From a virus: a stretch of 64,000 nucleotides of DNA. Shown one piece after another: positions 33,992 through 43,663 of the stretch (positions within the stretch are counted from its first letter, which is position 1; each line of letters opens with the position of its first letter). The translations under genes and the position numbers were made by a program. The DNA is taken from positions 87,741 through 151,740 of the IMG/VR virus record IMGVR_UViG_3300034103_001442; one strand, given 5' to 3'. Below the pieces are notes generated by a model. The model was given only the letters and a program-made list of their open reading frames with translations. It was not told the DNA's origin and searched no databases.

Positions 33992-35077
33992 TCAGTTCAA
34001 AAATCTAGTCAGTGAGTTTTCTGCTTCTTGATTGTAGAAGGGCATGTTTTTGATTGATGTCCAACGTTGTGGTTGCTTGTTGTACCAAGCCTCAACACGA
34101 GGAATTCGACCAAAATCTTTTAGACAGTTTACCCAGTCTTTACAGTAGGCGTGATCGGTTTCAGCCTTGTAGTTTTCATACAGCAGTTCTTGTGGAATGA
34201 CATGCTGTCTACCCTCTAGGTATTTATTCCAAAGCCAGTCATACTCTGGCCAATCACGCTTCATTTGCATCGTTTCAGCATACTGTTCATCTATATAGCA
34301 GCCGCCATAACGGGAACCTTTATGCTGACGTTTGTAATTACAGCAAGCAGTCTCAAGCGTGAAAAACCCAGCGCGGATAAATTTTTTATCAGCAATATAC
34401 TCAGCAGCAGTTCGCTCTAGGTATTCACAGTCTTCATTTGAAATAGTATCACCAGTCAAGTCGTCTCGACCGATACAAAACGCCCAACCTGACCTATGAC
34501 TTTTGCCATCAGCAAATTCCATAGTTGGGGGTAGGATAGGGGCATCAATAAACCTAGCAATCGCCTCTGAAAAACACCAGTGACCCATTCGCCCCCAGTG
34601 ATACCAATTGGTCATACATTTTTCTTTGAGGTCATTGTAGTTCTTGTATTTGTCATCGCTTTGTAGGCATGACTGGATAAAGTTCCCAAGTGTGCCATAG
34701 TGCTTCAATGACTCGCCAACTGAATAAAGAAACTTATCAAATACAAGTTTGCGGTACTTACAGTCAGGCGAAAACAGGAGTCGTTTTTTGTTCTCAAAGA
34801 AAAAGTCAACTAACCCCTGAACATTTGGTGTGATGGTTGAGAAACGATCAGCAAACATTGACTCGCATGGACCAGCATAAGTTGCACCATGAAACAAACC
34901 AAGGACACAACGTTTCTCAAAGTCAAACCCCATATCATCGGCAATCCATTTTTCAACTGCGATGTCGGGGGAGCAATCGTTTGTAAGGCAATGAAATTCG
35001 TAAAATTTATCAAAACCTACTTTGCGATATTCTATATCGCGGTAGTCAATATCAGATAGCATAGATACATTTTCCAT
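33992..35077 (-). CDS. aGPT-Pplase-like amino acid:DNA transferase
   Basis: WGRMGHWCFSE, FFTLETACCNYK...RY.GCYID pattern of the aGPT-Pplase/AADT family. Confidence 0.7.
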   Translation of the reverse strand: MENVSMLSDIDYRDIEYRKVGFDKFYEFHCLTNDCSPDIAVEKWIADDMGFDFEKRCVLGLFHGATYAGPCESMFADRFSTITPNVQGLVDFFFENKKRLLFSPDCKYRKLVFDKFLYSVGESLKHYGTLGNFIQSCLQSDDKYKNYNDLKEKCMTNWYHWGRMGHWCFSEAIARFIDAPILPPTMEFADGKSHRSGWAFCIGRDDLTGDTISNEDCEYLERTAAEYIADKKFIRAGFFTLETACCNYKRQHKGSRYGGCYIDEQYAETMQMKRDWPEYDWLWNKYLEGRQHVIPQELLYENYKAETDHAYCKDWVNCLKDFGRIPRVEAWYNKQPQRWTSIKNMPFYNQEAENSLTRFLN

Positions 35078-35714
35078 GACGCCAGATTTCTTCCCTTATT
35101 TCATAACCAAGGTACTGGCGCTGATTTCTTTTAGCAGCAGCCAGCGTTGTACCAATTCCAGCAAATGGGTCATATACAACATGACCCTCATCAGTATAAT
35201 TTAGTATACAGTATTCGGCGATTTCAATCGGTTGACCAACAACTTCGCCATCAATTTTCTTTTCTTTACCGAATGGTCCCCAAAAATCTTTACCGTAAGT
35301 TTGATACAACGAGTCTTTTCGCAGGTTGTACAAACCCTTGACGCCTTCTTTTTGAAAGGTCAATATATGTAGGATTTGCGAGGAGTAGGCATTGAAACTC
35401 TCGCTTTTCTTAGAATATTTTACATCTCTTAGATAATAACCGTTCTCAGAAAAAGAGTCAATGACAAATTTAAATTTCGGTAAAATGCGCCCACCATTGC
35501 GACGGTCGCCAGTAAATGAAACAGTGGCAGTGCCCAAACGCGGATTCATCATTGGGATAATGCCATCCATGAATTTGGTCTTGTAGGTCTCAGGCTTGTT
35601 TATATCAACTCCGAAAAACCCAAGGTCTTCATAACAAGGTGGGCTCATGAACAGGTAGTCATACTGCTCACTGGCAAACGTATCTAAACAACTACCAAGT
35701 TTGTATTCACTCAT
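35052..35714 (-). CDS. beta-class N4-C/N6-A-type methyltransferase (atypical motif IV)
   Basis: SPPCY near N-terminus; YDPFAGIGTT and LGYEI near C-terminus. Confidence 0.8.
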   Translation of the reverse strand: MSEYKLGSCLDTFASEQYDYLFMSPPCYEDLGFFGVDINKPETYKTKFMDGIIPMMNPRLGTATVSFTGDRRNGGRILPKFKFVIDSFSENGYYLRDVKYSKKSESFNAYSSQILHILTFQKEGVKGLYNLRKDSLYQTYGKDFWGPFGKEKKIDGEVVGQPIEIAEYCILNYTDEGHVVYDPFAGIGTTLAAAKRNQRQYLGYEIREEIWRHGKCIYAI

Positions 35715-37084
35715 TCAAAAAACGCCTCAAGGCTCGCATTTACACCAACAACGCCATCTTCATCTTTCATGTTGTGTTTCTTTAAGTAGTCCAACCACTC
35801 TTCACTTTCCCACATTCCTGGGCTGATACCATTCCAAAGTGGTCGCCAAAACTTATGATCCTTGTTTGCACGACGTTCATCAACAAACTTACGACGCAGT
35901 GTTTCATACTCCCAAGACTTCAACTCGAGCATTTTCTCGCGGAAGTAACAAACAAGTGAAATACGCTCGCTCTTTGGATCATCTGGATTATTCAAAACAA
36001 TCGGTGTGTTACCATGAATAATCTCATGATTGTTAACAAGGAGCAAGTCTCCAGGACGAACGTTGACCGCTACACGGTACTCGGGGAAAATAAGGTAGCC
36101 ACCAGTATAGTTACCAGTGCCTACAACCAGCAGATTACTCAAACCGTCATTCAAGTCACCAGCGTCACGGTGGGCAGCAGTACGGAAAGTCTTATTGACC
36201 GTGATTGTAGTGAATACAGTTTCAGGGACAAGAAAACGTTTATCAAGTTTATCAGCCGCTACTTTTTGGTTTGACCAACGCCATGGCATTAAGTCTTTGA
36301 AGCCACGGTTGAGTGATTGTAAGAATGGATAAGAAAGGGCAAACTTGTCAGGGTGTTTTTCGGTGTATGAAGTCGCACGACCATATGGAATGCGTGGGTA
36401 ACGATCATACCAACCAGCAACACCAGAATAAACTGACTTGGCATAGTTTGTAACTGAAATCCAGTCATTGACTACACGCTCCGCATCAGCACGTTGCTCA
36501 GCCGCTGGCTTGTCCAATATTGAATCAACCCACTTATCAAACCAACCGTGATACTCTGGGTAAACCTTGGTCACCTCAGAGCGTAGCCAAACTTGACCAC
36601 GTGTATCATCTGGGTTTGCGCGTGGTTTACCCGAGTGACGCTCGCGAATTTTTTCAACTGATTCATCTTGAATGAGTTTTGCCGAGTTGTCGAGGAAAAA
36701 ATCTAGAATTTCTAGTTCGTACTCGGTGACCCAATCGCGACCTTTGCGACCAGCAGTTGTAAGAAGTTCGCCTCTTGGACCAGCAGCAAGACCTCGGTTT
36801 TGACTCTCAGTTGCGGCTTCACGCAATCCATTGTAGGCTTGCTCTTGCTCCTCTTTGGTGAAAAAGTTTTTACGGAATTTAAAAGCAACAGTGCGTTCAT
36901 CAGTACCATCAGCACAGTTGTTACAATCTTGATTGCAGTTTTCCTTCGTTGTAATATCACAAACGGGAGGCATGAAACAATCAGTGTCTTCCTCGACTAG
37001 AATGTCGTAGTGACTTTCATCTAGATAATGACCGAGCAAATGCTCACAGTCAATTTTCTCTTTTGCTGTGATTACTTTAACCAT
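35711..37084 (-). CDS. TET/JBP-family 2OG-Fe(II) dioxygenase
   Basis: FTTITVN..FRTAAHRDAGD (HxD), IHGNT, RISLVCYFRE; SGVAGWYDRYPR. Confidence 0.88.
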   Translation of the reverse strand: MVKVITAKEKIDCEHLLGHYLDESHYDILVEEDTDCFMPPVCDITTKENCNQDCNNCADGTDERTVAFKFRKNFFTKEEQEQAYNGLREAATESQNRGLAAGPRGELLTTAGRKGRDWVTEYELEILDFFLDNSAKLIQDESVEKIRERHSGKPRANPDDTRGQVWLRSEVTKVYPEYHGWFDKWVDSILDKPAAEQRADAERVVNDWISVTNYAKSVYSGVAGWYDRYPRIPYGRATSYTEKHPDKFALSYPFLQSLNRGFKDLMPWRWSNQKVAADKLDKRFLVPETVFTTITVNKTFRTAAHRDAGDLNDGLSNLLVVGTGNYTGGYLIFPEYRVAVNVRPGDLLLVNNHEIIHGNTPIVLNNPDDPKSERISLVCYFREKMLELKSWEYETLRRKFVDERRANKDHKFWRPLWNGISPGMWESEEWLDYLKKHNMKDEDGVVGVNASLEAFFE

Positions 37085-37626
37085 GATAAAAACTCCCTTG
37101 ACTTATCTGACAGTTGGCTCATAGGTTTGATGGGGCTGTTCCTATTAAACTTTTTGGCAAACTTTTTCGCTTTTTCAAGATGATACTCGCTTGCTCTACT
37201 AGTATATAGTAAACCATTTAAATGGTCAAGTTCATGTTGAAAACATCTTGCGGTGATACCATCAAACACCTTTGTGACAGTCTCACCGTTGGGGAGCGTA
37301 TACCTTGTTTTAATTTTCTTTGGTCTTTTGATTTTAACAAACAGACCAGGATTGGACAAGCAACCCTCTTCCATTAAAATAGTTTCTGATGAATAGTCTA
37401 CAATCTTAGGATTAAAACAACCAATGACTTCTTCAGCACGCAATACAAACGCACGGTAAGGTAAACCCACTTGGTTAGCACTCAACCCAAGCCCATGATA
37501 CTCAATCATAGTCTCAGCAAGGTTGTTATACAACTCAACTGGGTTTGTAGGTGGGTTTGCAAAATCAAACAACTCCATCTCTTGGCGGAGGATCGGACTG
37601 TCACATTCCAACAACTTTAATATCAT
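37072..37626 (-). CDS. def: peptide deformylase
   Basis: GLGLSANQVG, EGCLS, QHELDHLNG. Confidence 0.95.
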   Translation of the reverse strand: MILKLLECDSPILRQEMELFDFANPPTNPVELYNNLAETMIEYHGLGLSANQVGLPYRAFVLRAEEVIGCFNPKIVDYSSETILMEEGCLSNPGLFVKIKRPKKIKTRYTLPNGETVTKVFDGITARCFQHELDHLNGLLYTSRASEYHLEKAKKFAKKFNRNSPIKPMSQLSDKSREFLSWLK

Positions 37627-39335
37627 ACCATCCTCGAAAAATTCTGATGCTTCACAAACTTAATAACCGAATGAAACTTGTCATACAACTGATCACCCTT
37701 ATGGCTGATGATGAACACGTTTGTATCGGCTGTCAGGCTCTCCAAAATTTTCAGAAACTCATCTGTTCCCGTAGCATCAAGTGAACTATCAAACACCTCA
37801 TCCATAATCAACAAGTTTGTTGATGCGGAGTTACGCATTTTAGCAATTGACCGCCAAGTGAATAACAGTGACAAGTCAATTCGCATTTTCTCACCTTCAC
37901 TGAATGAGTCATAAGAAAATTCATCACGGAAACGAGACTTGATCGTTTCTTTGAAGTTTTCATTCAACTCAAACTGAACAAAGAAGTCCATTGAGGCTAG
38001 GTACTTGTTGATCAGTTTGTTCATGATTGGAACATACTGACGAATAATTTTCGTTTTGATACCCGAATCTTTCAACAACACTGATGCTACGTCTTGAATT
38101 TTCTTTTCTTGATGCAACCCTTCAAGTGATGACACCTTGCTCTTCAATTCAGTTTGTAACTTTTCAATCTCAACATTGTTGGCGTCAATAACCTTCGTGT
38201 TGTTTCTGATCTTTTCAATTTCATCGTTTAACGTACTGATTGACTCATTCCAAGAGGATATCTTGTTATTGTTCTCAGTGATTTCACGATTCAATTTCTC
38301 AATTTCAGAATTGACAGATGAAATCTCAGCCAACCTTGATTCTAGAATTGTAAACTCTTTCGATAATTCTGTCAAGCCCCCATTGACTTGGGTTAGTTGT
38401 TCATTACGGGAGTTGAGTTTTTCGCACTTGAACTCTTCATGAATACCCTGCTTACAAGTAGGGCAGTTGTCGTTTTCTTCGAAAAATTTAACTTCCTTCC
38501 TAATCGCGCGAATTCTATCCTCAAGTTTCTTTTCTAATTCAAGAACTTTTTGTTTCTTGGTTTCGACTTTCGTTTTGTCTGCGATGGTTTGCTTCAAAGT
38601 ATTAATTTGAGCAGAAATGTTGGCAACAACTACGTTTGCCTCACTGATTTTCACTTTAGTGACATCAATGAGTTCTTGCTTTTGACCTATCAACTCCTCA
38701 TTGTTAAGTTTGAGTGACTTGATATTCTTTTCTTGCATCTCGATCTTGTTTTCGATCAAATCAATCTCATGTTCAGAGTTCAAGATTTCGTTTTTGTTTG
38801 CAACAACTTTTTCTTTCAGCAAACTATTCATGACTGAAAAGATTTGAATATCAAGAAGGTCTTCAATCACCTCACGTCTTGTATGAGCAGGCAACTGCAT
38901 AAACGGAATGAAGTTTGCCGAGCCGAGCACAACAATTTGTCCAAATGACTTATGATTCATTTTCAAAATAGTTGTCTCAAGTAGTTCTTGATACTCCTTG
39001 ATGTTTGGACTCTGGTTTATCAGCCCACCATTGCAATAAATCTCAAACACCTCTGGGCGTTGACCCCTTCGGATTTTATACTCCTTACTACCAATGCTAA
39101 ACTCACACTCAACCAAACAATTCTTTTGCGTGATAGAGTTTACAAGTTGCGGCTTGTTGATATTGCGGAATGGTTTACCGTAAAGAGCAAATGACAAAGC
39201 GTCAAGCATGGTAGATTTACCAGCCCCATTCTCACCAACCACAAGTGTTGATTTAGACCTGTTGAGTTTTATCTCGGTAAATTGGTTGCCCGTTGACAGA
39301 AAATTCTGCCAACGGATCGTTTTGAATAGTATCAT
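37623..39335 (-). CDS. 46: recombination endonuclease ATPase subunit (Rad50/SbcC-like)
   Basis: GENGAGKST, CPTC zinc hook, FSEGE, LIMDEVFD. Confidence 0.96.
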   Translation of the reverse strand: MILFKTIRWQNFLSTGNQFTEIKLNRSKSTLVVGENGAGKSTMLDALSFALYGKPFRNINKPQLVNSITQKNCLVECEFSIGSKEYKIRRGQRPEVFEIYCNGGLINQSPNIKEYQELLETTILKMNHKSFGQIVVLGSANFIPFMQLPAHTRREVIEDLLDIQIFSVMNSLLKEKVVANKNEILNSEHEIDLIENKIEMQEKNIKSLKLNNEELIGQKQELIDVTKVKISEANVVVANISAQINTLKQTIADKTKVETKKQKVLELEKKLEDRIRAIRKEVKFFEENDNCPTCKQGIHEEFKCEKLNSRNEQLTQVNGGLTELSKEFTILESRLAEISSVNSEIEKLNREITENNNKISSWNESISTLNDEIEKIRNNTKVIDANNVEIEKLQTELKSKVSSLEGLHQEKKIQDVASVLLKDSGIKTKIIRQYVPIMNKLINKYLASMDFFVQFELNENFKETIKSRFRDEFSYDSFSEGEKMRIDLSLLFTWRSIAKMRNSASTNLLIMDEVFDSSLDATGTDEFLKILESLTADTNVFIISHKGDQLYDKFHSVIKFVKHQNFSRMV

Positions 39336-39339
39336 AGTG

Positions 39340-40401
39340 TTACTCTATGGACAAGGCTTCAGTATAAAGGTTCTGAAGAAAAATGTCAAGTTTTTTCTTA
39401 TCAATACTGGTATCCATACCATCAACCACTTTGCGCAATATGGTCAGCGTGTCCTCAGCCTCATTGATGATGTCACCGTCATCTTCAAGATTCAGATTCA
39501 AGTGGTCATCAAGCACCTGTAAGTCTGACACCCCTGTTTTCTCAAGTTTGTCAATAAACATATCAAACCAAAGAGGATTTTCTTTAGAGTGAATGATGAC
39601 TTTGACATATTGATTTTTGTAGGGCGCTGGGTCAAACAGAAGCACTTCATCCATCGTTTTGCCAGCGTCATCATAGTGAATTTTGCTGAACATTTTGTAT
39701 GGATTTTCGATAAACAACAACTCACGTGTATCAGTATCGAAAATATGAAAGCCACGCGGGTCATTATAGTCTGACCAAGTCATTTCATAAGGAGCGCCAA
39801 GGTAGTGAATATTACCCCTGCTTGACTTATGATGGAAGTGACCAGACAAAACCATATCGAATTTATCAAACTGTTTGGCATCAAATCCATGGTCATTGAA
39901 TGAGCCACGGTACATTTCAAATCCTTGAATCTCTAGGTGACCAAAAAGGATTTGGGCATCGGTTTCATTGACAAACTTCATTGACTCGTCATAGTTACCC
40001 GAGCAAACCCAAGGCAACAATGCGATTTTCAAGCCATCAAACTCTTTAGTGGTTGGGCTTGAATAATAAGAAACATCATATGAACTATGCTCAAACAACT
40101 CATTCATTGAGTTGACTTCATTTGTATTCTTAAATGAAGTGTCATGGTTGCCGATCAAAACGTCAAGTTTTATCCCTGACGTGTCACAATGACCAACAAA
40201 CTTCCGCAAGTTTTTTGCGGTCAAATAGTTGATATACTTGCGGCGGTCTACAATATCGCCCAAGTGAATGATTTGTGTGATGTTGTTTTCTTTTAAATAC
40301 GGAAAGAAAAAATCGTAGTAGAACTTGTTAAAGAAATCTGCAAATGCTTGACTATCGCCTCGTGCGCCCCAGTGTGTATCAGTTATCAAGGCTATCCGCA
40401 T
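39340..40401 (-). CDS. 47: recombination endonuclease subunit (Mre11/SbcD-like)
   Basis: TDTHWG, HLGD, GNHD, SGHFH; start MRIALIT. Confidence 0.96.
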   Translation of the reverse strand: MRIALITDTHWGARGDSQAFADFFNKFYYDFFFPYLKENNITQIIHLGDIVDRRKYINYLTAKNLRKFVGHCDTSGIKLDVLIGNHDTSFKNTNEVNSMNELFEHSSYDVSYYSSPTTKEFDGLKIALLPWVCSGNYDESMKFVNETDAQILFGHLEIQGFEMYRGSFNDHGFDAKQFDKFDMVLSGHFHHKSSRGNIHYLGAPYEMTWSDYNDPRGFHIFDTDTRELLFIENPYKMFSKIHYDDAGKTMDEVLLFDPAPYKNQYVKVIIHSKENPLWFDMFIDKLEKTGVSDLQVLDDHLNLNLEDDGDIINEAEDTLTILRKVVDGMDTSIDKKKLDIFLQNLYTEALSIE

Positions 40402-40939
40402 TAGAATCCTCCTCATCAATAAACTTTTCAATACCCTTGCGCTTCTTTTTCTTTTCGATCTTTGACTCAAACTTTTCTATCATATCATTGATATTGTCGC
40501 TTGTATTGAGTAACAAAGCATCAAAGTGAGCCAGTTCTTCACTCGACATGTCAACAAGGTTGTTATTCACAAGTGCGTGTTCAAGACTCTTATGCTTGAT
40601 GTAAGACTGTTTCTTTTCTTTAGAAATACGACGCAAGAATGCATAGTATATAATTTGTGTGAAATAAGCAAAAGGGTTGCTTGACTTATCTGGGTCGAAA
40701 TTGTGGAGGTAGGTTAAGCAGTTCTCAACACCATCACTGATCATTTCGTCTTTGTAAGTGTACCCAGCAAAGTTTGGCTTGGTTGCCAAACGTGTGGCAA
40801 TTTGAAAGATGCAGTACCCGATATACTCGGGGATGCGTGGCTTTGGTTCACCTTTTTCTTTCGCTTCGTTGACCCTTGCAATATGCTTTAGCATTTCTGC
40901 ATAAAGTTTCTTGTTGTCAACATAATGATTCGACTTCAT
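40379..40939 (-). CDS. 55: late-transcription sigma factor
   Basis: HYVDNK, NFAGYTYKDEMISDG, NPFAYFTQI. Confidence 0.95.
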   Translation of the reverse strand: MKSNHYVDNKKLYAEMLKHIARVNEAKEKGEPKPRIPEYIGYCIFQIATRLATKPNFAGYTYKDEMISDGVENCLTYLHNFDPDKSSNPFAYFTQIIYYAFLRRISKEKKQSYIKHKSLEHALVNNNLVDMSSEELAHFDALLLNTSDNINDMIEKFESKIEKKKKRKGIEKFIDEEDSNADSLDN

Positions 40940-40949
40940 AATAAATCCT

Positions 40950-41354
40950 TCAGTGTATGTTTGTATTCGCAACGCCCTGTGTTAAAAACAATTTGTTGAG
41001 TTTTTCGATAAACTCTTCCTTTTCACGCTCAGTGTCAATCAAGTCGTGAAGAGCATCGCCTATCTTTTGTTCGGCAAGTTTCTTATCTTCTTTGCCAAAT
41101 GGACGAACTTCATTGTAGTATTCAACTAGTATATCTTGAGGCTGATAATAAGTCAATATGTGTTTTTTTTCAAAAACAAGATAATCCGTAATTGATAAAC
41201 TGGTGGCACTGTGAAGTTTCAACTGGGTTTCGTAGTCATTGTCTCGGTAAACTTCGATAACCATTGGGTCATGAACAACTGCTGGATCAACGCTATCCGC
41301 TTCCAGTTCTCCAATAATGGTTTCACCGCTAACTAACTTTAATATTTTGATCAT
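40950..41354 (-). CDS. conserved T4-like hypothetical protein (Sm-like)
   Basis: ILKLVSGETIIG N-terminus; between uvsW and gp55. Confidence 0.75.
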   Translation of the reverse strand: MIKILKLVSGETIIGELEADSVDPAVVHDPMVIEVYRDNDYETQLKLHSATSLSITDYLVFEKKHILTYYQPQDILVEYYNEVRPFGKEDKKLAEQKIGDALHDLIDTEREKEEFIEKLNKLFLTQGVANTNIH

Positions 41355-42787
41355 ACTTTGAGCCTCGTGGTGTAAATTTTGTATTCAAATTTTTCTTCAT
41401 CGTATATTTTACATCGCTCTACAAAGTGTCCGATTGTATGATTTTTCCTAGATTTCCAAGTTAGGTCATCTGCAATATCATACAACATCGCCTGATCTTT
41501 TGTCTCACTTTTTCTCAAACCACGCCCAATAGACTGTAAGTTTCTTATTTTAGATTTTGATGGGCTGGCGAATATAATATTATGAAGGTTACGTATATTT
41601 ATTCCTGTTGAAAACGTGCCATATGAGGCTATGATGATTGACTTGGACTCACCATCAACAATCTTTCTTATTTCATCGCGTTCAACACCCTCAACGCCAC
41701 CATGGACGAAAAAGGTTGGGATGTTATTATCTTTGATCATGTCATATAGTATTTGTCCATGTTTATCAACAAACTGAAACAACAGAAGGGTGTTACCTTC
41801 TAGTGATAGGCATAAATTCTTTATGAATTTGTTTCTGTTATCGTTACGGACTAAAAAATCCATTTCGTCTTGATAGGTCGCATTCTTCATCGCCTGACAA
41901 ACTGCATCAGGGTATTTCAATATGACACATTTGATTTTGAAGTTTGATAGGTGTTTTTGTTCTATAAGTTCAGCAGTTGATATAACTTTCCTTACCGCGC
42001 CAAACAAACCTTCAAGGACTAGTTTATGAGTTTGAGTCCCATCCAGCGTTCCAGTAAATCCAAAACGGTATTTACAGTCAATCATCTTTTCCATAATTGA
42101 TGACAATGACTTGGCTTTGAACAGGTGGGCTTCGTCGCCGATTACAACACCAAACTGTGAAAACCATTGTTTTGGCATTTTGTATATGGACTGCCAAGTT
42201 GTTATAACGATTGGCAAGTCTGTTTTCTTATCCACACCTGCTGTAATTTTGTGTATATCAGTGTCATACCCATATGACTTAAAGTCAGAAGCCATTTGGT
42301 GTACAAGTGAGGTGGTTGGGACAACTACCAACGTTTTCAAATTAAACCATCGCGCGAGAAGGTAAATGATAAATGATTTACCCGAGGCAGTTGGAGAAAG
42401 CATAACTGCTCTTCTATTTCTGACCGCATACACAAATGCATCCATTTGGTAGTCGCGAGGCTCCATAGTTGGGTTGAGTTCCTTGACGAACTCCTGCGCC
42501 TCTTTCAGTGAAAACTCATCAGCATAGAAATCATCTGGTTGTTCTAATTCGTAGTCACGTTCTTTACAGAAACGTTCAAGGTGATGGATCAATCCGCAAT
42601 ATAAAGTTCTCGTGAGTTGATTGAAAAGTCGTATTTTACCATCCCACATACGGTTACGATATGCGGGCATAAACTTGGCTCCTGGCACTTCAAATGTAAA
42701 ATACTCGCTTATCTCAGCAGCGGTGCCAGCCTCGCAGTATACCTTCAAGTATACTTCATTAACTTTTTCTACTTTTATTGTTTCCAC
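41351..42787 (-). CDS. uvsW: SF2 helicase UvsW
   Basis: SPTASGKS, GDEAH, QSIGRGLR; start uncertain (GTG). Confidence 0.95.
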   Translation of the reverse strand: METIKVEKVNEVYLKVYCEAGTAAEISEYFTFEVPGAKFMPAYRNRMWDGKIRLFNQLTRTLYCGLIHHLERFCKERDYELEQPDDFYADEFSLKEAQEFVKELNPTMEPRDYQMDAFVYAVRNRRAVMLSPTASGKSFIIYLLARWFNLKTLVVVPTTSLVHQMASDFKSYGYDTDIHKITAGVDKKTDLPIVITTWQSIYKMPKQWFSQFGVVIGDEAHLFKAKSLSSIMEKMIDCKYRFGFTGTLDGTQTHKLVLEGLFGAVRKVISTAELIEQKHLSNFKIKCVILKYPDAVCQAMKNATYQDEMDFLVRNDNRNKFIKNLCLSLEGNTLLLFQFVDKHGQILYDMIKDNNIPTFFVHGGVEGVERDEIRKIVDGESKSIIIASYGTFSTGINIRNLHNIIFASPSKSKIRNLQSIGRGLRKSETKDQAMLYDIADDLTWKSRKNHTIGHFVERCKIYDEEKFEYKIYTTRLKV

Positions 42788-42968
42788 GTATAAATTTTTT
42801 CTTATTCTTTTTTTCAAAACGGTAAACTACACTGTAGATCATAGTATACACAGCGTTGTCTGTTACAATTGTATGACCGTTGAATGATACAATATTTTCT
42901 CGTAACTTTAAGTCTTGCTCGAGAAACTTGGTCAAACTTTCCCATTTACGTTTTAGTGGCTCCATCAA
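42759..42968 (-). CDS. hypothetical protein
   Basis: ORF between uvsY and uvsW. Confidence 0.5.
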   Translation of the reverse strand: MMEPLKRKWESLTKFLEQDLKLRENIVSFNGHTIVTDNAVYTMIYSVVYRFEKKNKKKFIRGNNKSRKS

Positions 42969-43399
42969 GCACCAACTTTGAATCTTTCCCAGTCAATAGC
43001 AGCCTTGATATTGTAGCCTCTATTGTTGAGTGAGCGAATAATGGAATCTACAAAGTCAACTTTTTCCTGTTGCATACCAATTTTAAGTGACAGGTAGATA
43101 ATATCCTTGTCACCTTCTATATAGGAATTTACATCGGACTTGAGAATTTTACCAATTGGGGGAAGTTGCCAGCCCAAGTCTTGAGTTTCCTTGGTTGGTC
43201 CCTGTGTATAAAATTCATACTTGGAAAGTTTCAACTGCTTCATATCCGCTTCAAGTTTGCGGAGAGTTAAACGTTCTTGTGAGTAAATCTTAAAGTATTT
43301 ACTATGCAACTGGGGAATCTTTAATGCTTCCTCCCCGAGTTCAGTTCGGTCAACTTGACTGTCTTTTTCCCAAAATGTTTGTATGTCTTCTAATTTCAT
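42965..43399 (-). CDS. uvsY: recombination mediator UvsY
   Basis: IPQLHSKY, IKAAIDWERF; synteny. Confidence 0.92.
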   Translation of the reverse strand: MKLEDIQTFWEKDSQVDRTELGEEALKIPQLHSKYFKIYSQERLTLRKLEADMKQLKLSKYEFYTQGPTKETQDLGWQLPPIGKILKSDVNSYIEGDKDIIYLSLKIGMQQEKVDFVDSIIRSLNNRGYNIKAAIDWERFKVGA

Positions 43400-43436
43400 A
43401 TATCACCTCGCACATAATAATTCTACTATAGAATTT

Positions 43437-43637
43437 TTATAAAGTCAAGTCTTTTATGTTATAATGTTTTTCCAACAAGTACCTTCTGGTTGCATCACTT
43501 TTGTTGCAAATTTCATCGCTTGCTTTAGTTTTCCAAATTTCTGGAAATATTCCATGGATCAATAGGATAAATGCAAGTCGCCACGCTCTCATTAAATGTT
43601 TTAGGTAACCCATATTGACTTCATTTAAATGCCCCAC
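43437..43637 (-). CDS. hypothetical protein
   Basis: HL..V.MGY..H...A......IHGIFP pattern. Confidence 0.65.
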   Translation of the reverse strand: MGHLNEVNMGYLKHLMRAWRLAFILLIHGIFPEIWKTKASDEICNKSDATRRYLLEKHYNIKDLTL

Positions 43638-43663
43638 TATAATTACTCCTGTAAGGGGAAATA

